Assembly (NCBI GenBank): GCA_028718375.1
Contig: JAQULZ010000001.1
Location: forward strand, 5,383 to 69,382
From: Victivallaceae bacterium
GTDB taxonomy: Bacteria; Verrucomicrobiota; Lentisphaeria; Victivallales; Victivallaceae
DNA length: 64,000 nucleotides
Direction of reading: 5' to 3'
The notes beneath the pieces were generated by a model that saw nothing but the letters and a program-made list of their open reading frames with translations, was not told the origin of the DNA and did not search any database. Shown here in pieces: positions 8,180-18,239 of the stretch. The first letter of the stretch is position 1; each line of letters begins with the position of its first letter. The translations under genes were made by a program, and so were the position numbers.

Positions 8180-10453
8180 TCAGCGCGGATTGTGAAATTC
8201 CGAATTCAGCGGCGGGACCGAAGGCACACTGTAAGGCGCCGCCAGCGACGCATAATGTTCCCGATAATAATTTTGCTGTTCGGGAGTAATGACCGTCCCC
8301 GGCTGGAGGAAGGTTATTACCTGATCGTGTACTTTCCGGAAATGCAGATACCCCAAATGGCTGCCGTGTTCGAAAAAGGCGATTTTCTCTTTAAAAATAT
8401 CTTTCAGCCAGCCGCGGTCTTCCTCGTTCAATAAGAAATCATCGCGGGTATGGACGATCCGGATATCCGGATTATCCGCCAGGTGGTTTTTGAAAGACTG
8501 CAGACTCGACACCTCGGCAAACTTCTCCATGAATTCCGGCTCGGAAACATGGTCGTCAAAATGACCTTTATAATAATACATCAGGATTTTTTTCAGATAA
8601 TCCCGGAAACTCATCTTCAGGATTTCATTATAAATATCCGTTTTATTGTACCACCGGTACTGGGTTTTCAGACCGGTCAGCCGGCCCCGGCGGTACATGG
8701 ATATCACGGCATCCTGCAAGGTCATTTTAAAGCTGTAACCGATTATAAACCGCGCCTCGTCCTGAGTGATCGTCAATCCATGGTGAGTCCATTCGTCCGG
8801 ATTCGGTTTACCCTGGCGCACCGCATGATACTGGTAGGGAATCTGAATGATCTGCATCATTTTCCCGAACGCCGCGGCGCCGTGTTCAATCAGCTGTTCC
8901 CGCGTCCATTTTCTGTGAGAATCATAATAATTGTCAAGCTGGCTGACGCCGTACATCAAATCTACCGGCGGATTAATCGCCAGATAACGATCCACTCCCA
9001 GAGTGTTGCGCTGTTCTTCCAGCTTGGCGATATACAACGACTGGATCGCGCCCATGGAATAACCCAGCATGATTATCCGCTGCGGTTTGATCCCGTCCTT
9101 TTTCTCCAACTGAGGGATTATTTTCTGCCAGGCGCGGCGGGTGTCCGCGGCGTCCCGCGGCAGAAAGCCGGGGGCATCGGTCGAAGCGGCGGTTTCCATG
9201 AATTCCCAGTTGAAAGTGCTGGAAATTACCGCCACCGCAAAACCTTTATTATACAGCATTTCAGCCATGGCCGTCACCTGTCCGTCCCGGTAATGCGCCC
9301 CCAGTCCGGGAATCAGCAGAATCAGCGGCGCGTCCGGTTTGTCTTCCTGTTTCCAGAAGCGATATTCCATCTCGTCTTTATTCTTTTGCAGTTTCACTGA
9401 ACGCACAACCGCCTGATTGACGAAATCCGTATTGAAAAACGACAGATATCCCCAGAGACTTTGCTTTTCTTTCTGGACATGAAAAAACATCACTTTCAGA
9501 CTGTCGATGGCGGGTCCCTGAGAACCATAGGCATTCATCTTTATACAATCCGGCTTCACCCCGGAATCACCGGACGGAACCGGCAACTGGCGTTTTTCGG
9601 CCACTTTGAGCTGTAATTGCCGGTCTTCGGCCTTATTCAGGCGCTGGAGACTCCAGAAATTCTTGATCAGGCGGTAAGGGTCGCCGGAAGTCCGGGTGAT
9701 TGCATCATAGTCTTCATATTGGTCAACCAGCCGGAGGAATCCGGAGGCGGCCTGTACGCCGCTGACATAACTTTTGATATCCACGGCATAATCGAATATT
9801 TTGCCGACCGCGTCCCGGAGGTTGCAGGGGCCTTCACCGGGGAGAAAGATGTAACATCCCGGGCCGATCCCCCAACTGGCGAACACCTGGCCGAAATCCT
9901 CGTCCCGCTCCTTGATGCCGAACAGATAATCCGAAGCGTCCCAAAGGCCGCCGACCCCGGCAGTCGAATTGACGGCGAAACGGGTCAGGGACAGTCCGCC
10001 GTCCGTAAATTTTCCCTGGAGCAGACAGCTCAGGAAACGTTTTGGAAAAGCCACGTGATTGGTGACGTTATTGACCGCCTTGATGGCGGGGCGCGGGACT
10101 AAGGTAGAGTAAACCATGCCCAGCGGGCGAACGGCCCACCGGAGCAGAAAATCGCAGACGGAGAAGGATACCCGGTTAAAGCCCTCCAGCGGATCGGAAC
10201 CGCCGATTTCATGGAACAGATTGACCGGCTCGGGCCGTTCCCGGAACAGAAAATAGAGTTTGCCGTTCTCGGAAAAACAATAATCGCCCTCGGGAACCGG
10301 AAACGAATACCCGGAAACGGCGTAATCGTAACAATGCGATTCCGGACCGGGCATTTCCATAATACCCGGCACAAAACGCATAACCGGCACTTCCGGATCG
10401 CCATAAACGCTCGCGGCAAGCAATATCAATCCTGCTGTTTTCAGGAGTTTCAT
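8180..10453 (-). CDS. Secreted fusion protein: MlaA/VacJ domain + alpha/beta hydrolase (lipase-like) domain
   Basis: Probable start at ATG 10453 (MKLLKTAGLILLAASVYG signal peptide). SDPLEGFNRVSFSVCDFLL...FAVNSTAGVGGLWD...FGQVFASWGIGPGCYIFLPGEGPCNLRD matches the E. coli MlaA core (DPLEGFNR). Downstream lie the nucleophile elbow IIMLGYSMGA (~9045-9075), VHTRDDFLL and FFEHGSHLGYL, a Ser/Asp/His candidate triad. Confidence 0.8.
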   Translation of the reverse strand: MKLLKTAGLILLAASVYGDPEVPVMRFVPGIMEMPGPESHCYDYAVSGYSFPVPEGDYCFSENGKLYFLFRERPEPVNLFHEIGGSDPLEGFNRVSFSVCDFLLRWAVRPLGMVYSTLVPRPAIKAVNNVTNHVAFPKRFLSCLLQGKFTDGGLSLTRFAVNSTAGVGGLWDASDYLFGIKERDEDFGQVFASWGIGPGCYIFLPGEGPCNLRDAVGKIFDYAVDIKSYVSGVQAASGFLRLVDQYEDYDAITRTSGDPYRLIKNFWSLQRLNKAEDRQLQLKVAEKRQLPVPSGDSGVKPDCIKMNAYGSQGPAIDSLKVMFFHVQKEKQSLWGYLSFFNTDFVNQAVVRSVKLQKNKDEMEYRFWKQEDKPDAPLILLIPGLGAHYRDGQVTAMAEMLYNKGFAVAVISSTFNWEFMETAASTDAPGFLPRDAADTRRAWQKIIPQLEKKDGIKPQRIIMLGYSMGAIQSLYIAKLEEQRNTLGVDRYLAINPPVDLMYGVSQLDNYYDSHRKWTREQLIEHGAAAFGKMMQIIQIPYQYHAVRQGKPNPDEWTHHGLTITQDEARFIIGYSFKMTLQDAVISMYRRGRLTGLKTQYRWYNKTDIYNEILKMSFRDYLKKILMYYYKGHFDDHVSEPEFMEKFAEVSSLQSFKNHLADNPDIRIVHTRDDFLLNEEDRGWLKDIFKEKIAFFEHGSHLGYLHFRKVHDQVITFLQPGTVITPEQQNYYREHYASLAAPYSVPSVPPLNSEFHNPR

Positions 10454-10536
10454 AATTTTCGTTTCCCGAAATCTTTCCATGTCTGTATAAAATACGTCGC
10501 GAAACGGAAAATATCAACATTTTTTCAATCAGCCGC

Positions 10537-11130
10537 TTATGATTCCGGTTGTTCCAGGCGGAATATCGCGTCCAAAGCCTGCTGCAAAGCCCGGCAGGGG
10601 AGACCGACCACGTTGTCCAGCGGACCTTCGATCGCTTCGATCAGCATTTCGCCGTGTTCCTGGATCGCATAGGCTCCGGCTTTATCCAATACCTGAACCC
10701 GGGAGAGATATTCCCGGATGACGGAAACCGTAAAGGGTTTGAAACGGACTTCGGTACAGACGGCGAAAGTACAGCGGATTTTCCGGTTTACCGCCTGCAG
10801 GCTTACCCCGCTCACCACAGTATGAACGGCGCCGGAAAGCTCCAGCAAAATACGTTCGGCATCCGCCGGATCAGCCGGTTTGCCGATTATCTTGTCCCGG
10901 TATTCAATTACGGTGTCGGCGCCGATCACCAAAGCATCCGGATACCGGGCGGCCACCTCCCCGGCCTTGCGGACGGCGTTAAGAGTCGCCGCCCGGGAAC
11001 AGTAAATCGCGCCATCCAGTTCCTCCACCGCCGCCGGGACCCGGATGAAATCCAATCCCATTTCCGTCAGCAGCCGGCTGCGGCGCTCGGAACGCGAAGC
11101 TAAAATCAGGCGCAGCGGATTATTTTTCAA
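10537..11130 (-). CDS. maf: Maf-like nucleoside triphosphate pyrophosphatase (septum formation protein Maf)
   Basis: LRLILASRSERRSRLLTEMGLDF...VIGADTVI...KPADPADAERIL..LSG..H.V.SGV...AGAYAIQE, the typical Maf signature. TTG start at 11130 overlaps the upstream gene end. Confidence 0.85.
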   Translation of the reverse strand: MKNNPLRLILASRSERRSRLLTEMGLDFIRVPAAVEELDGAIYCSRAATLNAVRKAGEVAARYPDALVIGADTVIEYRDKIIGKPADPADAERILLELSGAVHTVVSGVSLQAVNRKIRCTFAVCTEVRFKPFTVSVIREYLSRVQVLDKAGAYAIQEHGEMLIEAIEGPLDNVVGLPCRALQQALDAIFRLEQPES

Positions 11131-11701
11131 GTTTGATCTTGACCGGCGTTTCAGCCGGTGCGGGAATCTCGCTGACGGTTTCCGGAATTCTCAGGGTGTC
11201 ATCGGCGTCATCGGCAGCTTCCGCGGTTTTCATGATTCCAGAACCGTTCAACCGGATATGGCGCAAATGCAGATGCACCTGCTTGATATTTTTAATCCCG
11301 AACAGGGCGTCCAGGGATTCGATAACCCGCAGTTTGAACTTATCGGCATAGTCGGGCAGCCCGCCTTTTGAGGCATCGAAATCCAGATTCACTTCCATAA
11401 ACGGTTTATTCCGGCAGCGGAACAAATTGACCTTATTGATGGTCAATGCCCTGAACTCTTTTTCCAGAGCCTTGATCACCGCCATGACTGCGGCGCCGGA
11501 AATGAACGCATTGCCGTTATCAGCTTTTATCCTGATGGTATGACAACGCTTTTTCCGGAAAATAATCTTGATTATGATCCGGATTACCAGTAGGACCAGC
11601 AAGGCCAGCGCGACCACCGTCAAGGCAAAGAAATAACCTAAATTGAAATCGGTGACCGGCAAGTCCAGCGCCGCCAGAATACTTTTAACAAAGTGCAGCA
11701 T
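11120..11701 (-). CDS. Asp23-associated membrane protein (AmaP-like), N-terminal TM helix
   Basis: 193 aa with a hydrophobic segment YFFALTVVALALLVLLVIRIIIKIIF, followed by an Asp23-like soluble part (ISGAAVMAVIKALEKEF). Lies directly downstream of the Asp23 gene. Confidence 0.5.
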   Translation of the reverse strand: MLHFVKSILAALDLPVTDFNLGYFFALTVVALALLVLLVIRIIIKIIFRKKRCHTIRIKADNGNAFISGAAVMAVIKALEKEFRALTINKVNLFRCRNKPFMEVNLDFDASKGGLPDYADKFKLRVIESLDALFGIKNIKQVHLHLRHIRLNGSGIMKTAEAADDADDTLRIPETVSEIPAPAETPVKIKLEK

Positions 11702-11783
11702 TTTACCATATTCCTGTTTTTCAATTTAAACGTTAAAGATTATCCTGAAAAAGGAACAAGCACCGGTACGACGACCAAAATGC

Positions 11784-12236
11784 CTATTCTTCCGTTTCAG
11801 GCGATTCGGTTACCGGAGCATCTTCGATTTCCTGAATAATGACGTTGACCCGGGTCACCGTCATCCCGGTAACTTTCTCGACTTCCTCAATGATCGCGGA
11901 TTGAACCTGTCCCGCCACTTCCGGCACACTGTAGCCGAAAATGATATTCAATTTCACTTCTACCGCCACTTTATCTTCATCTATTTCAATTGCAATCGCA
12001 CGGTCGTGGATTTTGCGGCTGCCGACAATCTCGGCGATGTTATCCACGAAAGAACTCCCGGATAATCTGGAAACCCCCGGAATCGATAAAGCGGCCCGGC
12101 GGACGATTGAAGAAACGACGTTGCCATGAATCTTAATAAGGCCGAGTTCGGTACCCTTTTCGCAAGCGGTAGCTTCCGGTGCCGTAGCGGGTTTTTCCGG
12201 TTTTGGAACTGCCTGTTTCGAAACTGCCTGTTTCAT
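11784..12236 (-). CDS. Asp23/Gls24 family envelope stress protein
   Basis: GLIKIHGNVVSSIVRRAALSIPGVSRLSG...AIAIEIDEDKVAVEVKLNIIFGYSVPEVAGQVQSAIIEEVEKVTGMTVTRVNVIIQEIE is classic Asp23. ATG 12236 is preceded by AAGGAG, so the longer ORF-track start at 12311 is unlikely. Confidence 0.8.
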   Translation of the reverse strand: MKQAVSKQAVPKPEKPATAPEATACEKGTELGLIKIHGNVVSSIVRRAALSIPGVSRLSGSSFVDNIAEIVGSRKIHDRAIAIEIDEDKVAVEVKLNIIFGYSVPEVAGQVQSAIIEEVEKVTGMTVTRVNVIIQEIEDAPVTESPETEE

Positions 12237-12334
12237 ACGAATTCTCCTTCTTTTAGTTGAGCTTTGGTCAAAATCACTATCCTTAAATATCTGCCGACTT
12301 CCCCGATTCAATCTCTATTCCGCGACTGAAGCCG

Positions 12335-13687
12335 CTAATTACTGATTTTCTCCTGAAGCATCTTCTCCAGGAAACCGGTATCGAACTGTCCCTGAATAAA
12401 ATCCTTCTTGTTGAGTACTTCCAGCGTAAACGGGATGGTAGTACTGACCCCTTCGACAATGAATTCTTCCAGCGCGCGCCGGCATCTTTCAAGGGCTTCG
12501 CGGCGGTTGCGGCCGTAAACGATCAGTTTGCCGAGCATGCTGTCGTAATACGGCGGAATAATATAGCCGGAATAAACGTGCGAATCAATCCGCACTCCCA
12601 GACCGCCGGCCGGAATGAACAAATCGACTTTACCGGGATTGGGAGTGAAATTTTTCCCGGGATTCTCGGCGTTAATCCGGCACTCAATGGCATGCCCGGT
12701 GATTTTAATGTCCTTTTGGGCGAAAGACAATTTTTCACCGGCAGCCACGCGGATTTGTTCCTTGATCAGATCGATTCCGGTAACTTCTTCGGTAACGCAA
12801 TGCTCCACCTGAATCCGGGTGTTCATTTCCATAAAGTAGAATTCATCGCCGGTGAACAGGAATTCAATGGTGCCGGCGTTATTGTATTTAGCCGCTTTGG
12901 CGGCCTTTACGGCGGCGCGCCCCATTTTTTCCCGCAGTTTATCGCTTATTACCGGCGATGGAGCTTCCTCGATAAGTTTCTGCTGGCGGCGCTGAATCGA
13001 GCAGTCCCGTTCCCCGAGGTGAACGACATTGCCGTGGTTGTCGGCAAGTATCTGGACTTCGATATGCTTGGGATTAACCAGAAATTTTTCCATATAGACG
13101 GCGCCGTTGCCGAAGGCGTTTTCCGCTTCGGTACGGGCAGAGTGATACCCCTGAATCAGGCTGGCGTCGTTATGGGCAATGCGCATCCCGCGCCCGCCGC
13201 CGCCGGCGGTCGCTTTGATAATGACCGGATAGCCTAATTTATGGGCTATTTTAAGAGCGTCTTTTTCGTGGTGAATAAGCCCTTCGCTGCCCGGGGTAAC
13301 GGGTACTCCGGCAGCTTTCATCGTATCCCGGGCGACGGCTTTGTCGCCGAGAGCCCGCATGGCATCGGGGGACGGGCCGATGAAGGTTATATTGCAATCG
13401 CCGCACACTTCGGCAAAATGAGCGTTTTCGGCCAAAAAACCGTAACCCGGATGAATGGCATCGACGTCGCAGATTTCCGCGACGCTGATGATCCGTTCGA
13501 TCAACAGATAGCTCTTGAGCGGCTGGGGCGGCCCGATACAGACGGCTTCGTCGGCCAGCCGGACGGGAAGGGAATCCTTATCCGCTTCCGAATAAACGAC
13601 CACGGTTTTGACGCCAAGTTCGCGGCAGGCGCGAACGATGCGCAAAGCGATCTCACCGCGGTTGGCAATAAGTATTTTATTGAACAT
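12335..13687 (-). CDS. accC: Acetyl-CoA carboxylase, biotin carboxylase subunit
   Basis: [25 protein letters not shown]...GYGFLAEN..F...GGGGRGMR..., the full-length ATP-grasp biotin carboxylase. Confidence 0.95.
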   Translation of the reverse strand: MFNKILIANRGEIALRIVRACRELGVKTVVVYSEADKDSLPVRLADEAVCIGPPQPLKSYLLIERIISVAEICDVDAIHPGYGFLAENAHFAEVCGDCNITFIGPSPDAMRALGDKAVARDTMKAAGVPVTPGSEGLIHHEKDALKIAHKLGYPVIIKATAGGGGRGMRIAHNDASLIQGYHSARTEAENAFGNGAVYMEKFLVNPKHIEVQILADNHGNVVHLGERDCSIQRRQQKLIEEAPSPVISDKLREKMGRAAVKAAKAAKYNNAGTIEFLFTGDEFYFMEMNTRIQVEHCVTEEVTGIDLIKEQIRVAAGEKLSFAQKDIKITGHAIECRINAENPGKNFTPNPGKVDLFIPAGGLGVRIDSHVYSGYIIPPYYDSMLGKLIVYGRNRREALERCRRALEEFIVEGVSTTIPFTLEVLNKKDFIQGQFDTGFLEKMLQEKISN

Positions 13688-13707
13688 ATTTACTTTCCAG
13701 GTGAGAG

Positions 13708-14166
13708 TTATTCGATGACGAAAAGCGCCTGTCCGTACTCTACGGGAGTGGCGTTCTGCACCAGTATTTCCCCGATAACTCCGTCTTTTTCCGCTTTGAT
13801 CTCATTCATGACCTTCATGGCTTCCACGATACACACCACCGTTTCGACGGTAACCTTGTCGCCGACTTTGACGAACGGCTGGGCGTCGGGCGAGGGGGCG
13901 GCATAAAAAGTTCCGACAATCGGGGAATTAATGGTATTTTCAACCTTGGCTGGAGCCGCATCGAGGGCAGACGAAGCAGCCGGAGCCGCACTGACGGCGG
14001 CGGGAGCGGCCGGGGCGTGGGAAACCGTCGGAGCACTGGTACAGACATGAGTCTTGTCGCCGCCGCGCTTAATGCAGAGATTATATTCTTCGGCCTCGAT
14101 TTTGAATTCGGTCAAATCATTTTCCGCCATCATCTTCACGATTGTTTTGATTTCATCAATTTTCAT
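13708..14166 (-). CDS. accB: Acetyl-CoA carboxylase biotin carboxyl carrier protein
   Basis: Ala/Pro-rich linker and C-terminal biotinyl domain with [13 protein letters not shown] (the AMKM-type biotinylation motif). Lies upstream of accC. Confidence 0.9.
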   Translation of the reverse strand: MKIDEIKTIVKMMAENDLTEFKIEAEEYNLCIKRGGDKTHVCTSAPTVSHAPAAPAAVSAAPAASSALDAAPAKVENTINSPIVGTFYAAPSPDAQPFVKVGDKVTVETVVCIVEAMKVMNEIKAEKDGVIGEILVQNATPVEYGQALFVIE

Positions 14167-14198
14167 AAAAGAAACATCCTTATCTTTATCTTTCGCAA

Positions 14199-14636
14199 TT
14201 ATCCCTTATTCAATTTAACCAGAGCCCGTAAAGCCCATTCATAACCATCGGCCCCGAGTCCCGCGATAACGGCGGTGCAGGCCGGAGCGGTCAGGGAAGT
14301 ATGACGAAACTCCTCGCGGGCGCCGATATTGCTGATATGCACCTCCACCGCCGGCAAAGCGACGGCTTTCAGCGCGTCATGAATCGCCACGCTGGTGTGG
14401 GTGTAGGCGGCGGGGTTAATAATGATGGCATCGACGCCGTCCTTAACCGCGTTACCGATCGTATCGACGATATCGCCCTCGTGATTGGACTGATAACAGA
14501 CCAGGTCGACCTCCAAAGCGGCGGCCACCTCCTTCAGATGGCGCTGAAGCCCGTCCAAAGTAAGCCTGCCGTATATTTCCGGCTCCCGCTGTCCCAGCAG
14601 CCGCATATTCGGACCGTTGATCAGTAAAATCTTCAT
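14199..14636 (-). CDS. aroQ: Type II 3-dehydroquinate dehydratase
   Basis: MKILLINGPNMRLLGQREPEIYG...YQSNHEG..V..I...IIINPAAYTHTSVAI.DAL...P.VEVHISN. Confidence 0.93.
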   Translation of the reverse strand: MKILLINGPNMRLLGQREPEIYGRLTLDGLQRHLKEVAAALEVDLVCYQSNHEGDIVDTIGNAVKDGVDAIIINPAAYTHTSVAIHDALKAVALPAVEVHISNIGAREEFRHTSLTAPACTAVIAGLGADGYEWALRALVKLNKG

Positions 14637-14761
14637 AAAAAGCTAATATAAACCGTTTTTCCGGTTTTACTAGTTTACAAATAAATAAATATTGCCGGGT
14701 GAACTTTATGACAAGAAGGAATCTCTAATCGAAATCCTTCACCAGCGCCGCTGGCGAAAGG

Positions 14762-15826
14762 TTACAGCCATTTCCTGCGGCGGAAAAAGATCAGCATAAT
14801 GACTGCCATGATTCCCATGCCGGTCAGAACGAGAAAATAACCGTAGCGCCATCTGAGTTCCGGCATGTTCGCGAAATTCATCCCGTACACTCCGGCCACA
14901 AAGGTCAGCGGAATAAATATGGTTGCGATGAGCGTAAGCACTTTCATGATCTCATTCATCCGGTTACTGACGCTGGAAAGGTAAATTTCCAGCAGACCGG
15001 AAATCATTTCCCGTACCGACTCGGCATTATCGAAAATCAGCAGCATGTGACTGTCGAGGTCCTGATAATATTTTTCCGTGTCCCCGGAAATAAACCAGGT
15101 GTCGTTGCTGCGGATTGCATGAATCATTTCCCGCAGCGGCCAGACTGATTTCCGCATCGAAGCGGCGATGCGTTTGAATTTCTGCAGTTCAGGCAGCAAA
15201 TCGGGCGACGGAAAGGAAATTATCCGCCCCTCGATCTGCTCCAGATTGCCGCTTAATTTATTGATGAACATGAAATAATAGTCCACCGCCAGATCCAAAT
15301 GGCAAAACGCCAGATAATCGACGCCCTTATCGCAAATCCGTCCTTTGCGGTTTTCCACCCGGTCAATCAGCGGTTCAAGAGAGGCGTCATCCCCGTTCTG
15401 AAAGGTGACAAGAGTGTTTCCGGAAGCGACAAACCCTAATGGAATCATTTTAAATTCCGCTTCTCCGACTTGAAAGGGAAAATTCAGCATCGCAAAAAAA
15501 TAGTCGTTCGCTGCCGTATAGCCGGGACGGATAATCGTACAATTCTGAATGTCCTCAAGAATCAGCGAATCGAGTTTGAACTCCCGGCCGGCAAATTCCA
15601 GTTCGTCCGCCGGGGGAATGCCGTGACAGATAATCCAGTTAATCCGGTCATGGCTGCGGTGCGACAACGCCTCGCGTAAAGAAACCGCTTTTACCCGTTC
15701 AATGCTTTGCGTATTGAAGGACAGCATTTCCAGCCGGATCGCCGTGTCGTTCCGGTGTTCCTGCAAATAACCCGGATGTTTGCCGAAAAGTTCATACTTT
15801 GATTTTACCGGGGCAAGGCTGATCAT
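14762..15826 (-). CDS. corA: CorA family magnesium/cobalt transporter
   Basis: C-terminal TM pair with the YGMNF signature (VAGVYGMNFANMPEL) and a basic tail FFRRRKWL. Confidence 0.88.
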   Translation of the reverse strand: MISLAPVKSKYELFGKHPGYLQEHRNDTAIRLEMLSFNTQSIERVKAVSLREALSHRSHDRINWIICHGIPPADELEFAGREFKLDSLILEDIQNCTIIRPGYTAANDYFFAMLNFPFQVGEAEFKMIPLGFVASGNTLVTFQNGDDASLEPLIDRVENRKGRICDKGVDYLAFCHLDLAVDYYFMFINKLSGNLEQIEGRIISFPSPDLLPELQKFKRIAASMRKSVWPLREMIHAIRSNDTWFISGDTEKYYQDLDSHMLLIFDNAESVREMISGLLEIYLSSVSNRMNEIMKVLTLIATIFIPLTFVAGVYGMNFANMPELRWRYGYFLVLTGMGIMAVIMLIFFRRRKWL

Positions 15827-15840
15827 TGTTCATTCTCCTT

Positions 15841-16971
15841 TTACCCGTTATCATCCTTATAAACGCGTTTGACCCGGGGACTGATGGCACACAGAATATC
15901 ATGGGCGTGGGTATTCTTTATAACCGCCCAATCCCGGATTGAAATGATTTCCCCCCCCTGTCTGCCGATGCAAACCACTTCGTCGCCGCACCCGGCTTCG
16001 GGCACCGCTCCCAGATCAACCGTGGTGTAGTCCATCGACACCCGTCCCAAAACCGGACATTGCCGGCCCCGCACCAGGAGGTGTCCCCGATTCGACAGCG
16101 CCAGCGGCAAACCGTCGGCATAACCGGCGGCAACGGTACCGACCAAAGTATCCTGCTTCAGACAATGCGTCCGGCCATAACCGATGAACGATCCGGCCGG
16201 CAGCTTCCGCACCAGAACCAGCCGGCTTTTCAGTGAAACGACTTCCTCCAGCCCGGACCTGGCGGATCCGCCGCAGCCGTAAATACTCAATCCCGGACGA
16301 ACGCGGTTGAAAGGAATTCGACAAGCCTGCGGATAATTGCCGATACCGTCACTGCCGGCGGCGTGGACATCCCGAAAAAAAATACCGGCGGCCTCCAGAT
16401 CATCCACCAGCAACTGCAAACTTCTGATCTGTTCTTGCGTGTATTCGCTTTCAAGCTCATCGGCGACCGGGAAATGCGAATAAATGCCGATCCACTCCAA
16501 GTGCGGCAATTCGACAATTCTTCTGATTTCCCGGAGCGCGTCGCGAATCAGCATGCCGAGTCTTCCCATCCCGGAATCGACCAGTATCTGACAGCGGACC
16601 GAAGCATGCTGGCGTTCGGCCTCGACGCTGATCCGCCGGGCATCCTCGAAATCATTGACCGGCAGGATGATGCCGGCTTCAACCCCGGCGGGAATTTCAT
16701 CGGGAAGAATATTTCCGAGCACCATCACCGGCAGGCCCAGGGCCCGCAATTCCACCGCTTCGTTGAGGTCGGCGACGCCGAAACTGTCCGCCCCGGACTC
16801 TTTGCAGACGCGCGCGACCTCCATCACCCCCAATCCGTAAGCGTTAGCCTTGAGCACCGCGGTAACCCGGCTGGGGGCCACGAAAGCACAGATTTTCCGG
16901 AAGTTGCGCCGGACTTTATCCAGGTCAACTTCAAGGACAACGCGATTGCCGGGCTGGTGGATCAGATTCAT
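15841..16971 (-). CDS. alr: Alanine racemase
   Basis: AVLKANAYGLG (PLP lysine motif) and the overall length and layout of Alr. The start overlaps the aroA stop by 1 nt. Confidence 0.88.
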   Translation of the reverse strand: MNLIHQPGNRVVLEVDLDKVRRNFRKICAFVAPSRVTAVLKANAYGLGVMEVARVCKESGADSFGVADLNEAVELRALGLPVMVLGNILPDEIPAGVEAGIILPVNDFEDARRISVEAERQHASVRCQILVDSGMGRLGMLIRDALREIRRIVELPHLEWIGIYSHFPVADELESEYTQEQIRSLQLLVDDLEAAGIFFRDVHAAGSDGIGNYPQACRIPFNRVRPGLSIYGCGGSARSGLEEVVSLKSRLVLVRKLPAGSFIGYGRTHCLKQDTLVGTVAAGYADGLPLALSNRGHLLVRGRQCPVLGRVSMDYTTVDLGAVPEAGCGDEVVCIGRQGGEIISIRDWAVIKNTHAHDILCAISPRVKRVYKDDNG

Positions 16972-18239
16972 TAGTCTATAACCTCAATAGCGGCGCCGAG
17001 AGCTTTGAAATCGGCAATGAAATCCGGATAAGTTACGGCGGCGCTTTCCGCTTTTTCAATCAGCGAATCGCCGTCGGCGGCCAGCGCGGCTACCGTCAAT
17101 GCCATGGCAATCCGGTGATCATCGTAACTTTCGAGTTCCGCGCCCCGCAGTCTGCCGCCGGGAATGATCATGCCGTCGGGCAGTTCGGCTGCGGCTATCC
17201 CCATTTTCCGCAATTCGCGCGTCATACAGGCAATCCGGTCGGTTTCCTTGATCCGGGCCTGGGCAACATTGAAAAGGCGCGTCACCCCCTGAGCGCCGGC
17301 AGCGATCACGGCCAAAATCGGCAAAGCGTCCGGGGTGGCGTTCAAGTCCAGTTCCACTCCGTGCAGCCGGCCCGGCAAAACCCGGGTATACCGCGGCAGC
17401 CGTTCAATTCGGGCGCCGAACTTTTCGATGAAATCAAACACCGCTTTGTCGCCCTGCAGATCGGTAAAATCCAGATTTTTTATTTTCACCTCGCCGCCGG
17501 CGAGCACCCCGGCCCCCAACGGAAAAGCCGCGGTCGAAAAATCCGCCGGAATCGTCCAGTCGAAAGCCCGGAAACGCTGCCGGCCGGGAATTCTGAAATA
17601 CCTCATATCGGGTGCGGCTTCAAACTCCACACCGAGGCGGTTCAGCCAGCCGAGGGTAATTTCGACATAAGGCTTTTCCTGTAAAGCAACCGGGATTATT
17701 TCGGAATCGCGCGGCGCGAACGGACTCGCGAACAGCAAGGCGGTCAGAAATTGCGAACTCGTCCCGACGACTTCGGTTCTGCCGCCCCGCAATGGCCCGG
17801 TGATCCGTACCGGGCATTTGCCGCCGCACGTCACGACCTTCGCGCCCAGATTGCTCAGGGCGTCAGTCAACTGCCCCATCGGGCGCGACCGCAGCGACGC
17901 ATCTCCGTCAAAAACGATTTCAGTCCTGCCGGTTGCGGCCAGGGCGCTCAGAATCCGCAGGCCGGTGCCGGAATTGCCCATATCGATCGGCCGGGCGGGT
18001 GAAATGATTTTGCCCGCAGTACCGGCGATTTCCCAGCGGCCGGGAAATTCGCGGACCCGGGCGCCGAGCAGTTTTACGGCATTGAGCGCCGAACGGGTGT
18101 CGGCAGCGTCCAGCGGCGCCCGTACGACGCTGGCGCCATCGGCCATCAATGCAGCGGCCAGCGCCCGGATGGTATGCGATTTCGAACCGGGTACCGCCAC
18201 CTCTCCATTGACAGTCGATTTACTGACTCTTATTTTCAT
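16971..18239 (-). CDS. aroA: 3-phosphoshikimate 1-carboxyvinyltransferase (EPSP synthase)
   Basis: VPGSKSHTIRALAAAL...MGNSGTGLR...RPMG.L..AL..LGA...DHRIAMAL, typical of EPSPS. Confidence 0.93.
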   Translation of the reverse strand: MKIRVSKSTVNGEVAVPGSKSHTIRALAAALMADGASVVRAPLDAADTRSALNAVKLLGARVREFPGRWEIAGTAGKIISPARPIDMGNSGTGLRILSALAATGRTEIVFDGDASLRSRPMGQLTDALSNLGAKVVTCGGKCPVRITGPLRGGRTEVVGTSSQFLTALLFASPFAPRDSEIIPVALQEKPYVEITLGWLNRLGVEFEAAPDMRYFRIPGRQRFRAFDWTIPADFSTAAFPLGAGVLAGGEVKIKNLDFTDLQGDKAVFDFIEKFGARIERLPRYTRVLPGRLHGVELDLNATPDALPILAVIAAGAQGVTRLFNVAQARIKETDRIACMTRELRKMGIAAAELPDGMIIPGGRLRGAELESYDDHRIAMALTVAALAADGDSLIEKAESAAVTYPDFIADFKALGAAIEVID

